DNA from: Rebecca billardiae RCC1528
Lineage: Eukaryota; Protista; Haptophyta
Assembly (NCBI GenBank): GCA_965240325.2
Contig: OZ251244.1
Span: 1,116,001 to 1,180,000, forward strand
Direction: 5' to 3'
DNA length: 64,000 bases
Below are positions 34,352 to 46,792 of this stretch, one piece after another; the stretch's first letter is position 1; every line of letters begins with the position of its first letter. The notes below the pieces were generated by a model. The model did not search any database and was not told where the DNA came from. It saw only the letters and a list, made by a program, of their open reading frames with translations. A program made the position numbers and the translations under genes.

Positions 34352-37300
34352 ATGGCGCGCGTGGACAACAAGATGCTCGGCTTCGGGCTGCGCGTGGAGG
34401 GCTACGAGTCGACGCTCTCGTCGAACCCGAGGTCGCGCGAGCCCTCGCAGGAGCACGTGCCCGTTGCGACGGCCTCGCCCGCCGCCTCGCCCACCGCCTC
34501 GCCCGCCATCCGGCCGAGCCCGGGTGGCGGCAAGCGGCGGCTCTCGAACGCGCGGCGCTCGTCGGTGCCCGCACTGCCCGGGCAGTCGCCCGGTCCCGCG
34601 CTCGCCTTGCAGGCGGCGCAGGCGGCGCAGGCCGCGCAGGCGGCGGCGCCTGCCGCGGAGCCGCGCAAGCCGCCGCGCGCGCCCGTTCCCCTGGCGCAAG
34701 TGCGCAGCTCGAGCGTGCTGCTCCCGTCCGTCGGCGCGCCGCTGCCGCCGCGGCCGATGCTCTCGCACTTCCGGCACATGTCCGACCCGAGCTTCTCGCG
34801 CCCGGCCAGCGTGCGCGGCGATCTGACGCAGCGCTCGACCACGTCCATCAGGTCATCTGTCTTCGAGTCGGTGTCGGCGCTCGAGTCGCTGTCCGCGCTG
34901 GCGCACCCGCCGCTCTCGCAGCTGGCGCACCGGGAGCGCGTCTTCGGCGAGTCGACGACCACGCAGAGCTCGCGCGTGCACAAGTTCAACTTCGAGCGCG
35001 AGACGATCCGTCTCAAGACTGCTGGCGAGCAGGTGCTTCCGTACCGCCAGCAGGGCGACCCGGCGTTCGACCTGCCCTCGCCGCTCGCGCGGCGGAACCG
35101 GCTGCGGACGGAGGCGTCGACCGCGCTCGACCTGGTCACGCGGCTCTTCTGGACCGCCGCGCGGCTGACGGAGGTGCGCGCGCGCGGGCGCGCGCCACAC
35201 CCTTTCCGCGCGCGCGCCCGCACCGGCGTGTGCGCCGCGCCGCACGCGCCGCGCGCCGCGCCGCGCTCACGCTCGCCCGGCCGTGCCTGCTGCCTGCCGC
35301 GCCGTCGGCCGCCGGCTGCGCGCTGCGCGGTGGCGCGCCGTGCAGAGCGAGTACATGCCGCGGAACAAGTACCTCACCATCCACCGGCTCATCTCCAAGG
35401 CGATCGCTCCCGACTTAGATGAGCGCGCCGCCAAGCGCGCCGCGCGCGCGGACTGGAGGCACGACGCGGGCCGCGCCGCGGTCGTGCTCTCGTTCGAGCA
35501 GTACAAGCGCTCGCTGTTCGACCTGGCGGACCAGTGGACGGACTCGACCGAGGCGCACGAGTACATGCACTTCCTGCAGGTCCTCTTCATGCGCATCACC
35601 CGCGCGGTGCGCGACCCGACCGCGGAGGGCGGCTGGTCTGAGTCACACAGAGTGTTCCGTCGTTTTGACGAAGTCGAATCGATCGAGGACTGGGGGCAGG
35701 CGGCGGCGCTGGGCGGCGGCGGCGGCGGCGCGGGTGAGGAGGAGGCGGCGCGCCCCGCCGCGGCGCACGCGGACTCGCCGCCCGCGCCGCCCGAGCCACA
35801 CCGCGCGCACGCCGACGCCGACGCCGCCGACGGCGCCGGCGCCGCCTGGTTCGATTCGCGAGTCGCGGACGCGCGGCACCGCGGCGAGCGGCCGAGCGCG
35901 GCGGCGCTCCGCTCGGCCGGGACGAATCTGCATGGGACGCCGAGCGGCTCGTGGCGGACGGCGCGCACGCGCGCGCTCGCGGCGATCCGGCTCGCCTCCG
36001 GCGCGCGCGCGCCGCAGGACGGCGCTCCCGAGCCGCCGCCGACGGCCGGCGAGGTGATGGTGGCGGCGGCGGCGGACGCGCTCGGCGGCGCGGCCGTCGC
36101 GAGCGGCGGCGGCCGCGGCGTGGCGGACGCGGCTGAGCGCGAGGGCGAGGAGGAGGAGGGCGAGGAGGAGGAGGAGGAGGAGGAGGACGTCTCGATCTAC
36201 GGGGTGCCTGGCGCTCGCGAGGTCGAGCACGGCGCTGGTCTGACCTCGCCCGCCGTCGACGACGCCCCGGCCTCCGAGCCTCCACCGCCGCCCGCCGCCG
36301 CCGCGGCGGCCGCCGACGACAGCCACAGGGGCGGCGGCGCGGCGGCGCCGCTCGCTTCCGACCGCGACGTCTCGGAGGCGATCGCTCGCACGCCGGTGGT
36401 GCGCGCGGGCGGGCACCTGGCCGTCACGTCAGAGCCAGCGACGTGCGACCCTTCGCGAAGCTCCTCGCCGCCGCGCGCCGCCGCCGCCGCCGCGCCGTCG
36501 GCCGAGGCGCCGAGCGCTGCGCCGAGCGCGGCGCTGCCGCCGCACGCGGCGCAGGCGGCGCACGCGGCCGCGGCGGCGGAGCACCCCGCGCTCAAGGTGA
36601 TCGGGCACAAGCTGCGCGCGGCGACATACGGGCACGACTGGCGCCGGCTGCTGATGCGCGCCGACCGATCGCGCGGCGGTTTCCTCGACCTCGGGCAGCT
36701 GGTTGCGTTTGTGCGGCGCGTGCTGAGGATCCCGCCGGCGCAGGTGACGCCGGGCGATCTGGCCGAGCTGCACTATCACCTGGCCACGATGGCGGACGGG
36801 CGCGGCGCGCGGTACGTGGCCGCGGAGGCACTCGAAGCCTTCCTACTGAGTGCCGCTACGGACCCGGCGCCGCCACCGTCCCGCATACCAAGCACGCGCG
36901 CGCTCGCGCCCGTGCGCCGCCCAGGCCTCGCCAGCGGCGGCGGCGGCGGCGGCGGCGGCGCGGCGCCGGCGGCGGAGCGAAGGAAGACGCTGGCCGGCGT
37001 CCCGACCAGCCTCCCCGTCCCGTTCCGGCAGCGCTCGGCGTCTGTCACGACGCCGAGCCGCGCGGCCGGCTCGCTAAGCAGCTCACTCCCCGCGCCGAGC
37101 AGCACGGCGCAGCGCGGCTTGCTGCTCGGCAGCAGCGCGCAACCGGACGCGATTGCTCCGTGGGTGGACACCCCCGCCGACCCGCTCACCGCGACCACCG
37201 GCGGCGCCGCCTCCCTGCGCCACTTTGGGCAGATCACGGATGAGGCGTCCGCGCTCAAGATGGCGGCGAGCCAGCGGCGGCCGAGCCAGCGCACGCCGCC

Positions 37301-37520
37301 CGTGGGCGTGCGACCGGTGGGCGGCGGGCCGCCCACCGCCGCGCAAAAGGCGGCGCAGCAGTCGCTTCGCTTGTCGATGCAGGCGGCTGGCGTGCTGCCG
37401 CCGGTCGCGACGGCGGCGTCGCAGCCAGCCGCAGCCGGCGACGCCACGGCGGCGGCTGAGGTCGGGGTGTCGCAGCCGTGGCCCTCCGACGAATATCGCG
37501 ATGATGATGGCCTATGGTGA
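34352..37520 (+). CDS. Hypothetical protein with a conserved-looking helical/EF-hand-like domain; exons 34352-35173, 35346-37520
   Basis: A phase-0 GTGCGC..CAG intron joins YRQQGDPAF...RLFWTAARLTE|SEYMPRNKYLTIHRLISKAIAPD...DWRHD...SLFDLADQWTD..EYMHFLQVLF. A later EF-hand-like loop reads ADRSRGGFLDLGQL. The remainder is low complexity. Confidence 0.7.
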
Positions 37521-37841
37521 TACGACCAACTTGCGTCAGCTACGGCTACGACGGCTGTACGTCTGCTGCTGAGTCTTAAGTCGTGAAGATTAATAGCCAG
37601 CCCCCATGTAGCTTACCCTGCCCATTCATCATTAGTGAATCGTACGTAACGAACTACCGGATGCGACTGAGTGCCCGACTGTCTACTCCGACTCTACAGT
37701 ATACTGTACGGAAATGTGCATGCACACAATCATGTGCGCGCAGACATCACAGTCTCATCAGCAGTGTTACGCCGGGCGACGGCCGCCGGCGCGCGGATCG
37801 AACGGGCGTCGGCCGGCCACCACGCAGGGTCACGCACAGCC

Positions 37842-39158
37842 ATGCGGGGCCGCACGCGCGGCATCGCGTTCGCCTTCTTGGCGGCCCTCGCGCTCGCGAA
37901 CGACGGCATGCTGTGCAAGCTCGGTGCGGCGTACGGCGCGTCCCCCGCGATCTCCGTAGCGGTGAAGAACGGCATGGCGACCGTCAGCATCGCGCTCGCG
38001 CTCCTTGCGCGCGGCGCTTGCGGCGCGCCGTGCGCGCCGCACGCGCGCTCGATGGCACACCTCGTGGTGGGTACGCTCTTCTGCGCGATGGTGGAGGGCG
38101 GGTTCACGCTCGCGTTCCAGCTCACCACCAGCGCGAACGTCCTCTCATTCACCGCGCTCGCACCTATCTGGGGCGCGCTCATGTCACGAGCGCAGCTGCG
38201 CGAGCGCGTGCGCGCGCACACGTCCGCTGCATGCGCGCTCGCGCTCTGCGGCTCGCTCGTCGTCGCCTCGGGCGTGGCGCGCTCCGCCAGTGGGGACACG
38301 CCGCTCCCCGGCCGCGCGCCCGTCGCGGGCACGCTCGTCGCCCTCCTCGTCGGCCTCTCGATCGCTGGGCACGCGACCTCAATCCGATCGGCCGCCGCCC
38401 GCGCGCCCGGCACTCAGATGCTGAGCAGCTCGCTGTGCGGCTTCGCGCTCGCGGCGTGCGCGGGCGTGGGCGGGCTGGCGCTCGAGCGCCGCGGCTCGCG
38501 CGCGCCGCCCTTCGCCCCGCCGCCGCCCGTCGCGCTCTTCCCTCTCGCGCTCGACGGCGGCGTGTGCATGTGTGTCGCGCTCATCAGCTTCACAGCAGCC
38601 TCGCGCCTCGCGCCGCCCGCGGACGTGGCGCTCGTGCTGCAGCTCGAGGGGCTGCTCGGCCCGCTCACGTGCTTCGCGGCACTCGGCGAGGTGCCCGCAC
38701 GCACGACCCTCGCCGGCGGCGCGTGCGTCCTCGCCGCCGTCGTCGCGCACGAGGCAGCGGCGCGCTTTGGCGACGGCGGCGGGCGGGCGCCGGAGCGCCT
38801 GCCCACCGAGGCCGCCTCCGCCGCCGCTGTCGCGGTCGAGCCGGCGGAGGCGGCGGAGCTGGCAGCCGGCACAGCTGTGGTGGACGCGGCTGAAGCGCCG
38901 CTCACCAAGGTCAGCGTGGTGGCACAGCCAGCCGGCGCGGCCGCGGCCGCCTCGCCCGCGGCCGCAGCCGCCCCGCCCGCGGCAGGCTCGGCGGCCAGCA
39001 CGGCCGCCTCCGCCGCCACTGGCGCCATCTCACTCTCAGCGCGCTGGGCGGATGCGGCCAAGGCTGGCGCCGTGGCGGCGGCGCGCTCATGGCGCTTGAC
39101 GGCGGCGCGCAGTCCGAAGAAGCCCTCGCTCAGCGCATCGCTGCTGCGCGAAGGCTAA
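37842..39158 (+). CDS. Drug/metabolite transporter (DMT/EamA family)
   Basis: About 10 hydrophobic helices in two repeats. Motifs AFQLTTSANVLSFTALAPIWGALMS...LRER and ASRLAPPADVALVLQLEGLLGPL...LGEVP...LAGG are typical of EamA. Confidence 0.8.
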   Translation: MRGRTRGIAFAFLAALALANDGMLCKLGAAYGASPAISVAVKNGMATVSIALALLARGACGAPCAPHARSMAHLVVGTLFCAMVEGGFTLAFQLTTSANVLSFTALAPIWGALMSRAQLRERVRAHTSAACALALCGSLVVASGVARSASGDTPLPGRAPVAGTLVALLVGLSIAGHATSIRSAAARAPGTQMLSSSLCGFALAACAGVGGLALERRGSRAPPFAPPPPVALFPLALDGGVCMCVALISFTAASRLAPPADVALVLQLEGLLGPLTCFAALGEVPARTTLAGGACVLAAVVAHEAAARFGDGGGRAPERLPTEAASAAAVAVEPAEAAELAAGTAVVDAAEAPLTKVSVVAQPAGAAAAASPAAAAAPPAAGSAASTAASAATGAISLSARWADAAKAGAVAAARSWRLTAARSPKKPSLSASLLREG

Positions 39159-39851
39159 TGATGTCGTGCAGGAACCGGGGGGTCACGCTCATCGTAGTCA
39201 TCTGCTTGAAACGTATAAGGCTACTGCATTCTGACAGCGACGCAATCTGATGAAACATCAAGAGCTCACGTAACCCGCCGCCTCCGCACTGGCCGGTACT
39301 TCAGCCCGCCGCATAATTCTGTGCCGCGCTCCTTACGGGCCTGCTCCTGCGATACGCCGCGCGGACTGAATCAGAGTCCCATCATGCGACTTCGGCAAGC
39401 ACTTTTGGACGTCTCTAGTCCGTACAGATAGCAGGACATACCAACGAGTAAATACCAACAAGTGACAGTGGACTCGTGGTGTATGCAGCCGCGTGACGCC
39501 CGGGTCTGGGGCCGCGCCAGGCCCGGGCGCCCGCCGGGGCTTTGTTGCCGCCGGCGTGGCTGTCGCGGTGCCCAGCAAGCTTCATCGATTCAGTCTAGCC
39601 GTCAAGAGCCTGCTGTTTGCAGCGGCTGCTTACACCCGCATGCCTTGGCCAAAGGTTCGCAGCATGGGAAAAGCCCTCACCCCATCCGGCGGGCCCGCCC
39701 AGGCCTGGGCAGCCATCGTGGGGTCCGCTCCGTGGCACGGCCTGGGGCTGGCTGGCGGTGTGCTCGCCCGAGCGGGCACCCATCGTGCAGGCCGCCCTCA
39801 CCGACGGCCGACGCGCGCGCACCGCCTGGGGGCTCGGCACGGCGCGGCGCG

Positions 39852-41448
39852 ATGGACTTTCCAGAAGACGAGCAGGGCGACTTCAACTTCCTGCTCGATG
39901 GCGAGGGCCGACTTGGCGCGCGCACCGCGCGCTCCGCCGGCAACTTTGATGCGATCTACGGCGCCGACGTGCGCGCGACCGGAGCGGCCGACGGCGCCGA
40001 CGACGAGGCGGGCGGCGCTGTCGACGAGGACGGGGGTTACAGCGAATCGGACGAGGACGATGATGTGGAGATCATCCTCGAGCCCGTCTCGTTCGGCGTG
40101 ATGGGCATCGAGACGAGCGCGCTCGTGACGGCCGCGGCGGCCCGGCAGGGCGGCGCGGCTGGCGGCGGCGCGGGCGATGACCCGACGGGCCCCGCGAAGT
40201 GGAACAAGTACGTGCGCGGCGGTGCGGACGGCGACGCGTCTGCCCAGCCGGATGGCACCGCCGCCGACGCCGCGCTCGCGAACAACATCCTCGCGCACGT
40301 GCCCGGAGGCATCCAGTCGCTCCGGCAGCCGACCGATCTCGCGATCGAGATTGATCTGGACTCTTTGCCCTCGCACCCGTGGCGCGAGGCCGGCGCGGAC
40401 ATTACGGAGTACTTCAACTACGGGTTCACGGAGGAGAGCTGGCGCGCGTACTGCCGGCGCCAGTTCGAGATCCGCTTCGAGAAGACGGGCGCCGCGCCGC
40501 CAGCGCACATCGAGCTGCTGGCTGCTAACGCGGATGGGGCGGGCGCGCCCGCGGATTCGAACGGCGAGGGCGCGCCCGCGCCGGAGCGGGCGCACGAGCG
40601 GGGGCGGGGCGGAGGCAAGGGCGGGCGGAGTGGCGCGGGGCCGCGGCCGCCCACGTCGCAGCCGCCCATCTCAGGTGCGCGCACGCGCGCGCGCGCGCAG
40701 CTGGGGGCGGGGTGACTGCACACGGCCACCCGGCCTCGCCGGCCGGCGCGCGCACGGCACGCGGCGCGGCGCATGCGTGGGCTGCCTGCCAGGCACGCGC
40801 GACGCCAGCATGCGACGGCGCGCGCCAGTGGGCGCTCACCCCGCGCGCGGCCGTTGCGCACCCGCCCCTCGCCCGCAGGCATGGGCGGCGGCATGGGCGG
40901 CGGCGGGTTTGGAGGCGCGATGGGCGGCGGTGGGCACATGGGCGGCGGGCCGATGGGGGGCATGATGATGACGCCTGAGATGATGATGATGGCCATGTGC
41001 GCGCGCGCCGTGCGGGCCCCCGCGCGGGCGCCGCGCGGGCGCCGCGCGCGCGCCGCTGCGCCCGCGCGCTCGTCACGCGCACTCCGCCCACGCGCCGCGT
41101 CCGCGGCCGCGCCCACGCTCGGGCCCGTCCGTGTGTGCCTGCAGGGCCCCCTTCGGGGGCATGGGGCCGATGGGCTTTGACGGGCCAATGGGGATGGGCG
41201 GGCCAATGGGGCCCGGGCCCTTTGGCTTCCCGATGGGGTTTGGCGGGGGACCCGGGCCAGGCATGGGGCCAAGAGGACCCGGCGGCGGCGGCATGGGGGC
41301 GCCGTCCGGCAGAGGCGGGTATGCAGACGGCGGGGGCGGGCAAGGGGGCGGCGGGCAGAACCAGGGGGGAGGCGGCGGAGGCGGAGGCGGTGGCGGCGGA
41401 GGCGGAGGCAAGCGCTCCGGCGGCGCGCGCAAGCGCAATCGGCGGTGA
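39852..41448 (+). CDS. FIP1: Pre-mRNA 3'-end processing factor FIP1; exons 39852-40674, 40879-40996, 41145-41448
   Basis: Acidic SDEDDDVEIIL and the Fip1 motif EIDLDSLPSHPWREAGADITEYFNYGFTEESWRAYCRRQ. A Gly/Met/Pro-rich tail is assembled by two frame-restoring introns. Confidence 0.92.
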
Positions 41449-43375
41449 GGCGGTGAGGGTGTCACCAGTTCACCCCTGCGCCATTCTGCGTTGCCGCGGC
41501 GGCGATGCGCCTGCGGCCGTGCGCGTCGGCCGTCGTTCGCCCTCAGGCCGAGCCGGCACAGCGCGCCGGCTCCCCGGCGCAGAGGTGGTGCCCATTGGCA
41601 TTGCCATAATTTGATCCATGGCGGATCGCCAGGCGCCATCCCGATGGCCGATTCGGCCGCAGGACTCGCCACTGACCGACGGGCCGGTGTCATATATAGT
41701 ATTACTATATATTATCTATTGCCAGCGGGCCGGGTCCCGCCGTCTGTCCGCGAGTGCACCTTGACTGCCCCCCAGCCCCGTTTTTGGCCGCACGATTGCG
41801 AATCTCAGAGTTACTTGGCCAGTCAATGTTTAGAGTTTTGAAGAAGGCGAAAGACTATCTGGCGGCCGAAACGAGGGACGGCTGTCCCGATGGCGTTCCG
41901 GCCGCGAAGTCCGCCGGTGCCTTGCACGAGGGCGGCCGATCAGTGGCGCCTAGCCCGGTCGTCCGCGCGGTTGTGTCAGCGCACGCGCCATGTGTGTGCC
42001 CCCCGCTGTCACGGCATGTTGTGCGCCAGCACAGTGGGAGCTCCTCGCCTGTTCCTGTCACTCACGGCTAAGCGACGGTGCAGAGATCTTCAGTCCGAGC
42101 CCGCGACTGCTGAACTTCATGTGATACGTGTGCGAATCCTGGCAGAAAAGCACGCTCTGCTCCCGCAAATCTACCTGGCGAACGTGCGCTGGTGTCAATG
42201 CTTCACGCAGTGCACAAATGCCATGGCGAATCAGTCTTCCCTGCGTGTCACAGGCCTTGGCGTTTGCACATCGACAAGCTAACGGAGACGAGTCCCGACG
42301 AGCTGCGTATGGCTGTGGTCGCATGTAGTGTGGGCGTCGAACGCCGGAGAAGGTGGTGGCTGAAGGCGATAGAAGTATGCTCTCCCATCGGGTACAAGCC
42401 AGGCTTGGAAGACGTCTGCTTGCATCACACACACAGCTTACGCCGACCCGTGCGACGTGAAGCGCCTCAAGCGTGACGGAAGCAACCCAAGGTGCGCGCA
42501 AGGCGTGAGGAGCAGGGTGATCTAACCTTACGCGGGCCTGCTCATCTAGCAGCGCACTCAGTAGATCGCCCCCGTCCTCAGGCGCACGATGACCACCGAA
42601 TCGTGAATGTGTAGACGCTGACGCGTGCCAGCTTGCGGCGAGCAGCGACCGTGCCGGCGGACTCGGGCCTCGCGCAAGAACAAGCAGGTTTTTTTGGCGC
42701 GGAGGACGCTAGCATGACCTGCACGTACAGCGGGGAGATTGTTTGCAAGGCGTGCCCTACATACAGCTCGCGTGCCCCTCAGATATCCCGCGCGGAGAAC
42801 GTCAGCAGCCCAGCATCGCAGTCCGCGCCGCAGCCCCAACCACTCAGCTCCGCCCCTCGCCCACCACGAGACGGCGAGATACCGACAGAAGTGGAACGGA
42901 GCGAGCATCTATTTCCTTATTGGGGCTCGCGGGAGCCGATTGATCATTTTTCATTGAGCGAAGCCCGAGCTGGCTTCCCATTGGACGGATTGGCGGCTGC
43001 GCTACTCCGCAAGGCGAAACACTTACAGCTTCACATCCCGAAAATGCAAGTTTGGACAATAGAGTGAGGCACCCTCGTCCAATGAAATTGCTGAAAATCC
43101 CGACGAAACTTTACTCGCACGTGCGGGTACACGCAATCTCCGGGAGATATGGCCAATTCCGCCCACTGGGGCCATTCAAGGTGCCAGGCCGTGAGGCGTG
43201 ACTAAGTCTAATGACTATAATCTAATGAGTAATGTAATGACTAAATGAGACTCAGAGAGCCCCCCGGCGCGACTCAGCTGGGCGGGGGTGCGTGCGGCCC
43301 AAAAATGGCAAAATCCAACTTTATTCTGAGTCCGCCGGTCTTGAGTTGATGACGAGACGAGGCGCGCTCTAGATA

Positions 43376-45317
43376 CTGTAGCCTGGTCCATCCCGATTTT
43401 CGCCAGTGAAAAAGCCTTTTCGGATTTTGGGCGCCTGATTTCTCCCGATTTTCTAGTCGCTCGTCGCGCTGTCAAAAATCGCCACCGGCCGTCCGACGGC
43501 TCGCCGCGACGAAGGTCGGGAAGGGGCTCGAGAGCCTCGACTGGACGACTGCGCCGCCTCATGTCAGGTGTAGTGCTGGACACATCGTTCGGGTGCCCCG
43601 GTGGTGTGCGTGCACACCTTGAGCGACATGTCTGCGTTGCTTCCGCCGCCCGCGGTCCGTCGCCAGGTCGACTTCTCGCCTGACGGCGCGCGTCGAACGC
43701 TCACCTGCTGGGTTGCGCGGCGCCTTCGAGACGGGCCACCTCGGGTAATATGCGGGCCACGCGACGGCTCGTGTGGGCCACCGCCTACCCCTAGCATGTA
43801 CTCGATGCCACCACCAGCGTTGGGCGCGCTGCGCATCGCCAACGCTTCATCCGGCCAGTCCCGTCACGTTTGCGCATGGGTCGTCCTGAGCGGCGGCTGT
43901 CGATTTGTGCTCCTCGTGGAGCTGTATGACGGGCTGGTGGCGAGCAGGATGGCTCGCCTTGCGGGGTTGGGTGTGTACAGTCGCAGTGTAGTGGCTGCCG
44001 GCTGACTCCCATCGCCTGGGTGCTGCTTTACCGTCATGGCCTTTGCTGCGAGCACAAGGTCGAGGATCGTACCGCGGTCTGCGAGGCAGAGTCGACGGAG
44101 TCGTCGCTTGAAGATGGTTGAGAGCGCTCATACGTCTTCCTTGGTGTCGTGCGGCTACTCCAGCACGCAAGGCTCGCGCTCTGGCACGTGTTTGGTGTCC
44201 ATGGGTGGCACATTGTGCCATTCGGGTGGCTCGGAAGCACGTGCTCGGGTGTCTTTCCCGTTTACGCGCGGTGGGCCAAGTCACCACGCAAGGCCAGAGC
44301 ATGTCATGGCACGCAGAGGGTGCCCATGAACGATCCCCACCCCGGTGGTTGCCGTAGGCGCACTCGAAGCGGTCGCATCGTCACCCGCGGATCACATCAG
44401 TCCGCCGTTGAGGCTGTCGGGCGAGCAAAGACGTGCGATCTGACCCTTGGACGGGCAGCTAGAATCGCGATTATGCCTCATCTAAGGACGCACATGTCGT
44501 CGTTGTAGGCAGTACTGATGCCCCAAGTGAAAGGGCGGGCGTGGCACGCGACTTGGCAGCTTGAAATACTCGATGCACGCCGCCATGGACACGCGATCCG
44601 GATCCATTGCGAACCTGCCGTGTGGCTCACGGCGGCGCGCGTTGTGCCGCAGATCGGCCAGTTGCCACGCAGGAGATGGTCTCCAGACCAGGTCCAGCAC
44701 CTGACCGACTGCCGCACGCCTGGCCGGGTGGGAGTCCGGCCCTCTTCTTGTCTGCAGGAGTGCGCGGAAGGCCAGGCGGAGCCTCGTCCGACCACTGCAC
44801 CCCGAGCGCCGCACTAATCGTGCAGCCTGGGACAGCTACCCACCTATGGCGAATATGTAACGACATAGTGGTATTTTAATTATACAGGTCCAGAACTCAT
44901 ACGTATGCGGGTACATTGCCCATAATATGCGGGTATAAATGGGTAATATAGTCGATCTTGCAGTAGTTGAGTACGGCCACTTGCGCACAGACCACAGCCC
45001 ATCCTAATGGCCTGTACCAGGGTTCATGCTCGCCTCGACGTACGCCAATAAGTAAGTTCGTGCGTTTGGGCTCATTTAGGCTAAGTACTTACCCACATTC
45101 GGACTGACGATTCTCTATGTGTCCGTAGTTGTCCGCGGCGCGCGCGCGCACGCTCACGACGGGCCACGGATGCGATTTTTAGGCCGAAACTTTTGCTGCG
45201 CCCGGGCTGGGCCCATTTGTTACGCTGTTTCCGGGTGTGAGCGCGTGCCTAGGGGCCCGCGTTCATTTGGCGATAAAATCCCCGAAAGTGCTCCAGTGCG
45301 TTTGGACCAGGCTATAG
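43376..45317. mobile_element. Putative non-autonomous TIR DNA transposon (~1.94 kb), superfamily unassigned
   Basis: Ends CTGTAGCCTGGTCCA / TGGACCAGGCTATAG form a 14/15 inverted match, both flanked by ATA. Subtermini are AT-richer and the interior has only broken ORFs. Confidence 0.55.
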
Positions 45318-46792
45318 ATAGCTCACTGCTCAGCAAACACAGTATAGACAAATTGCTGCTTATTATATTCGGGATGTCAATATATTCGCCTGCGGAATGA
45401 CGGTGACCTAGTAGTGACCTCAGCTGGGGTCCGCGACGCGGCGACGCCGTGACAAGTTAGTTATATAATATATATTGCATGCGAATCAAATTAATCGGTC
45501 ACAGCATGCGCATTATTAACTGGACGAGATATCCGTGATACCGCGGAAGACCTCAATCTCGACGCAATCTCGGCAACATTATTAGTAGGAGATCGAGACG
45601 ATAGCTATACTACACGATCTCCAAGGTGATCTCGCTATTTGCACCAGAATCGCACCGTCTAGATCACAGCACATTTTGGCAGTCTGAAACTCTGAAATTG
45701 GCCACAGGCGGATTCTACTGTCTACACCCTCGGGAATTAAGCCTAAACAAACTTGAAACGCGTAAAACGGACTCAAACAATTACAAATAACCGAGGATAT
45801 AATTCATATTTCGAGATTTCGGGAGATTGCGTCACTCGGGAGCGTAACGGTCGGAGCTCTGACCCCACTAGGCCGTCCGTCCGATCCCGCCGGCCGACTG
45901 ATGCCACTGATGTCGCGCGTCAGCGGTCTCGGACGCCGTCTGACGAGCTCCCGGGGCTGATGACGCGGTCCGTCCCAGAGCGCGACTTTGTCACTTTGGC
46001 ATGACGTCCAATTAGACCGATGACTGATATAGTATTGTAGTTCACGCGCTCTATTAGTCGGAGTACGTCGTCAGCTAGAGTCACTCATCACTTAACCGCG
46101 CGCTCCGCGGCGGCGCGCGCGGGCCTTGTCGTTCACTCGAATTTGACCGCGAGTCCCGCAGCCTCGGCCCGAGACGGTTCCCTCCGCGAGCGGGCGCGAG
46201 CCGGGTTCAGTACTTGCGCATAGCTGACCCGAGCGAGGTCGATCCTTTTGCATCCTGACAGGGACACGTCGTCCCGGTCGGTTGGAGCAGTCGCCGCGGT
46301 CGCCGTCCATCGACATCGTCTTGTGCCGATGCTTTCAACATCCGTTCAATCGTCGTTACTATGGTTCTAACTATATCAATAGCTAGGTATTGGAATGATG
46401 GGATCGAAGGTGGACCACTGGACCCACTATTGTATGTCTATTGATCACTACTACTATTGACGTCGCTGAAGTATGAACATGCGCAGCTTCGTCGCATCGC
46501 CGCTATGAGCACTTATCGCAATCGCCTGGCGACAACCCGGCTACTGGCGGCTAGGCTTCCCACCGTACCCAGCACTTACCAGAAAAGCCCAGGCGCGGCT
46601 CCCGATTGGTGGACAAGTGCGCGCGCCCAGCCAATCAGCGAGCGCCTGCGTTGTGGAACCCCACACGTCCGGCGCAGCGCAATTGCGAATTGCCCACCCG
46701 TCCAGACTCGCTCGGCACCGCCTCCGCGTGGCCCCGAACGAGAATACGCGCACAGCGCACAACAACCACCGCACGCGCGCGCCCGGAGCGCG

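Noticed and set aside
41500-43300. ORFs such as 42633-43067
   Set aside because: No recognisable domains, and composition unlike host genes.
45400-46000. Possible hAT-like element with GACGCAATCTC/GAGATTGCGTC subterminal motifs
   Set aside because: Matching termini or a TSD could not be defined.
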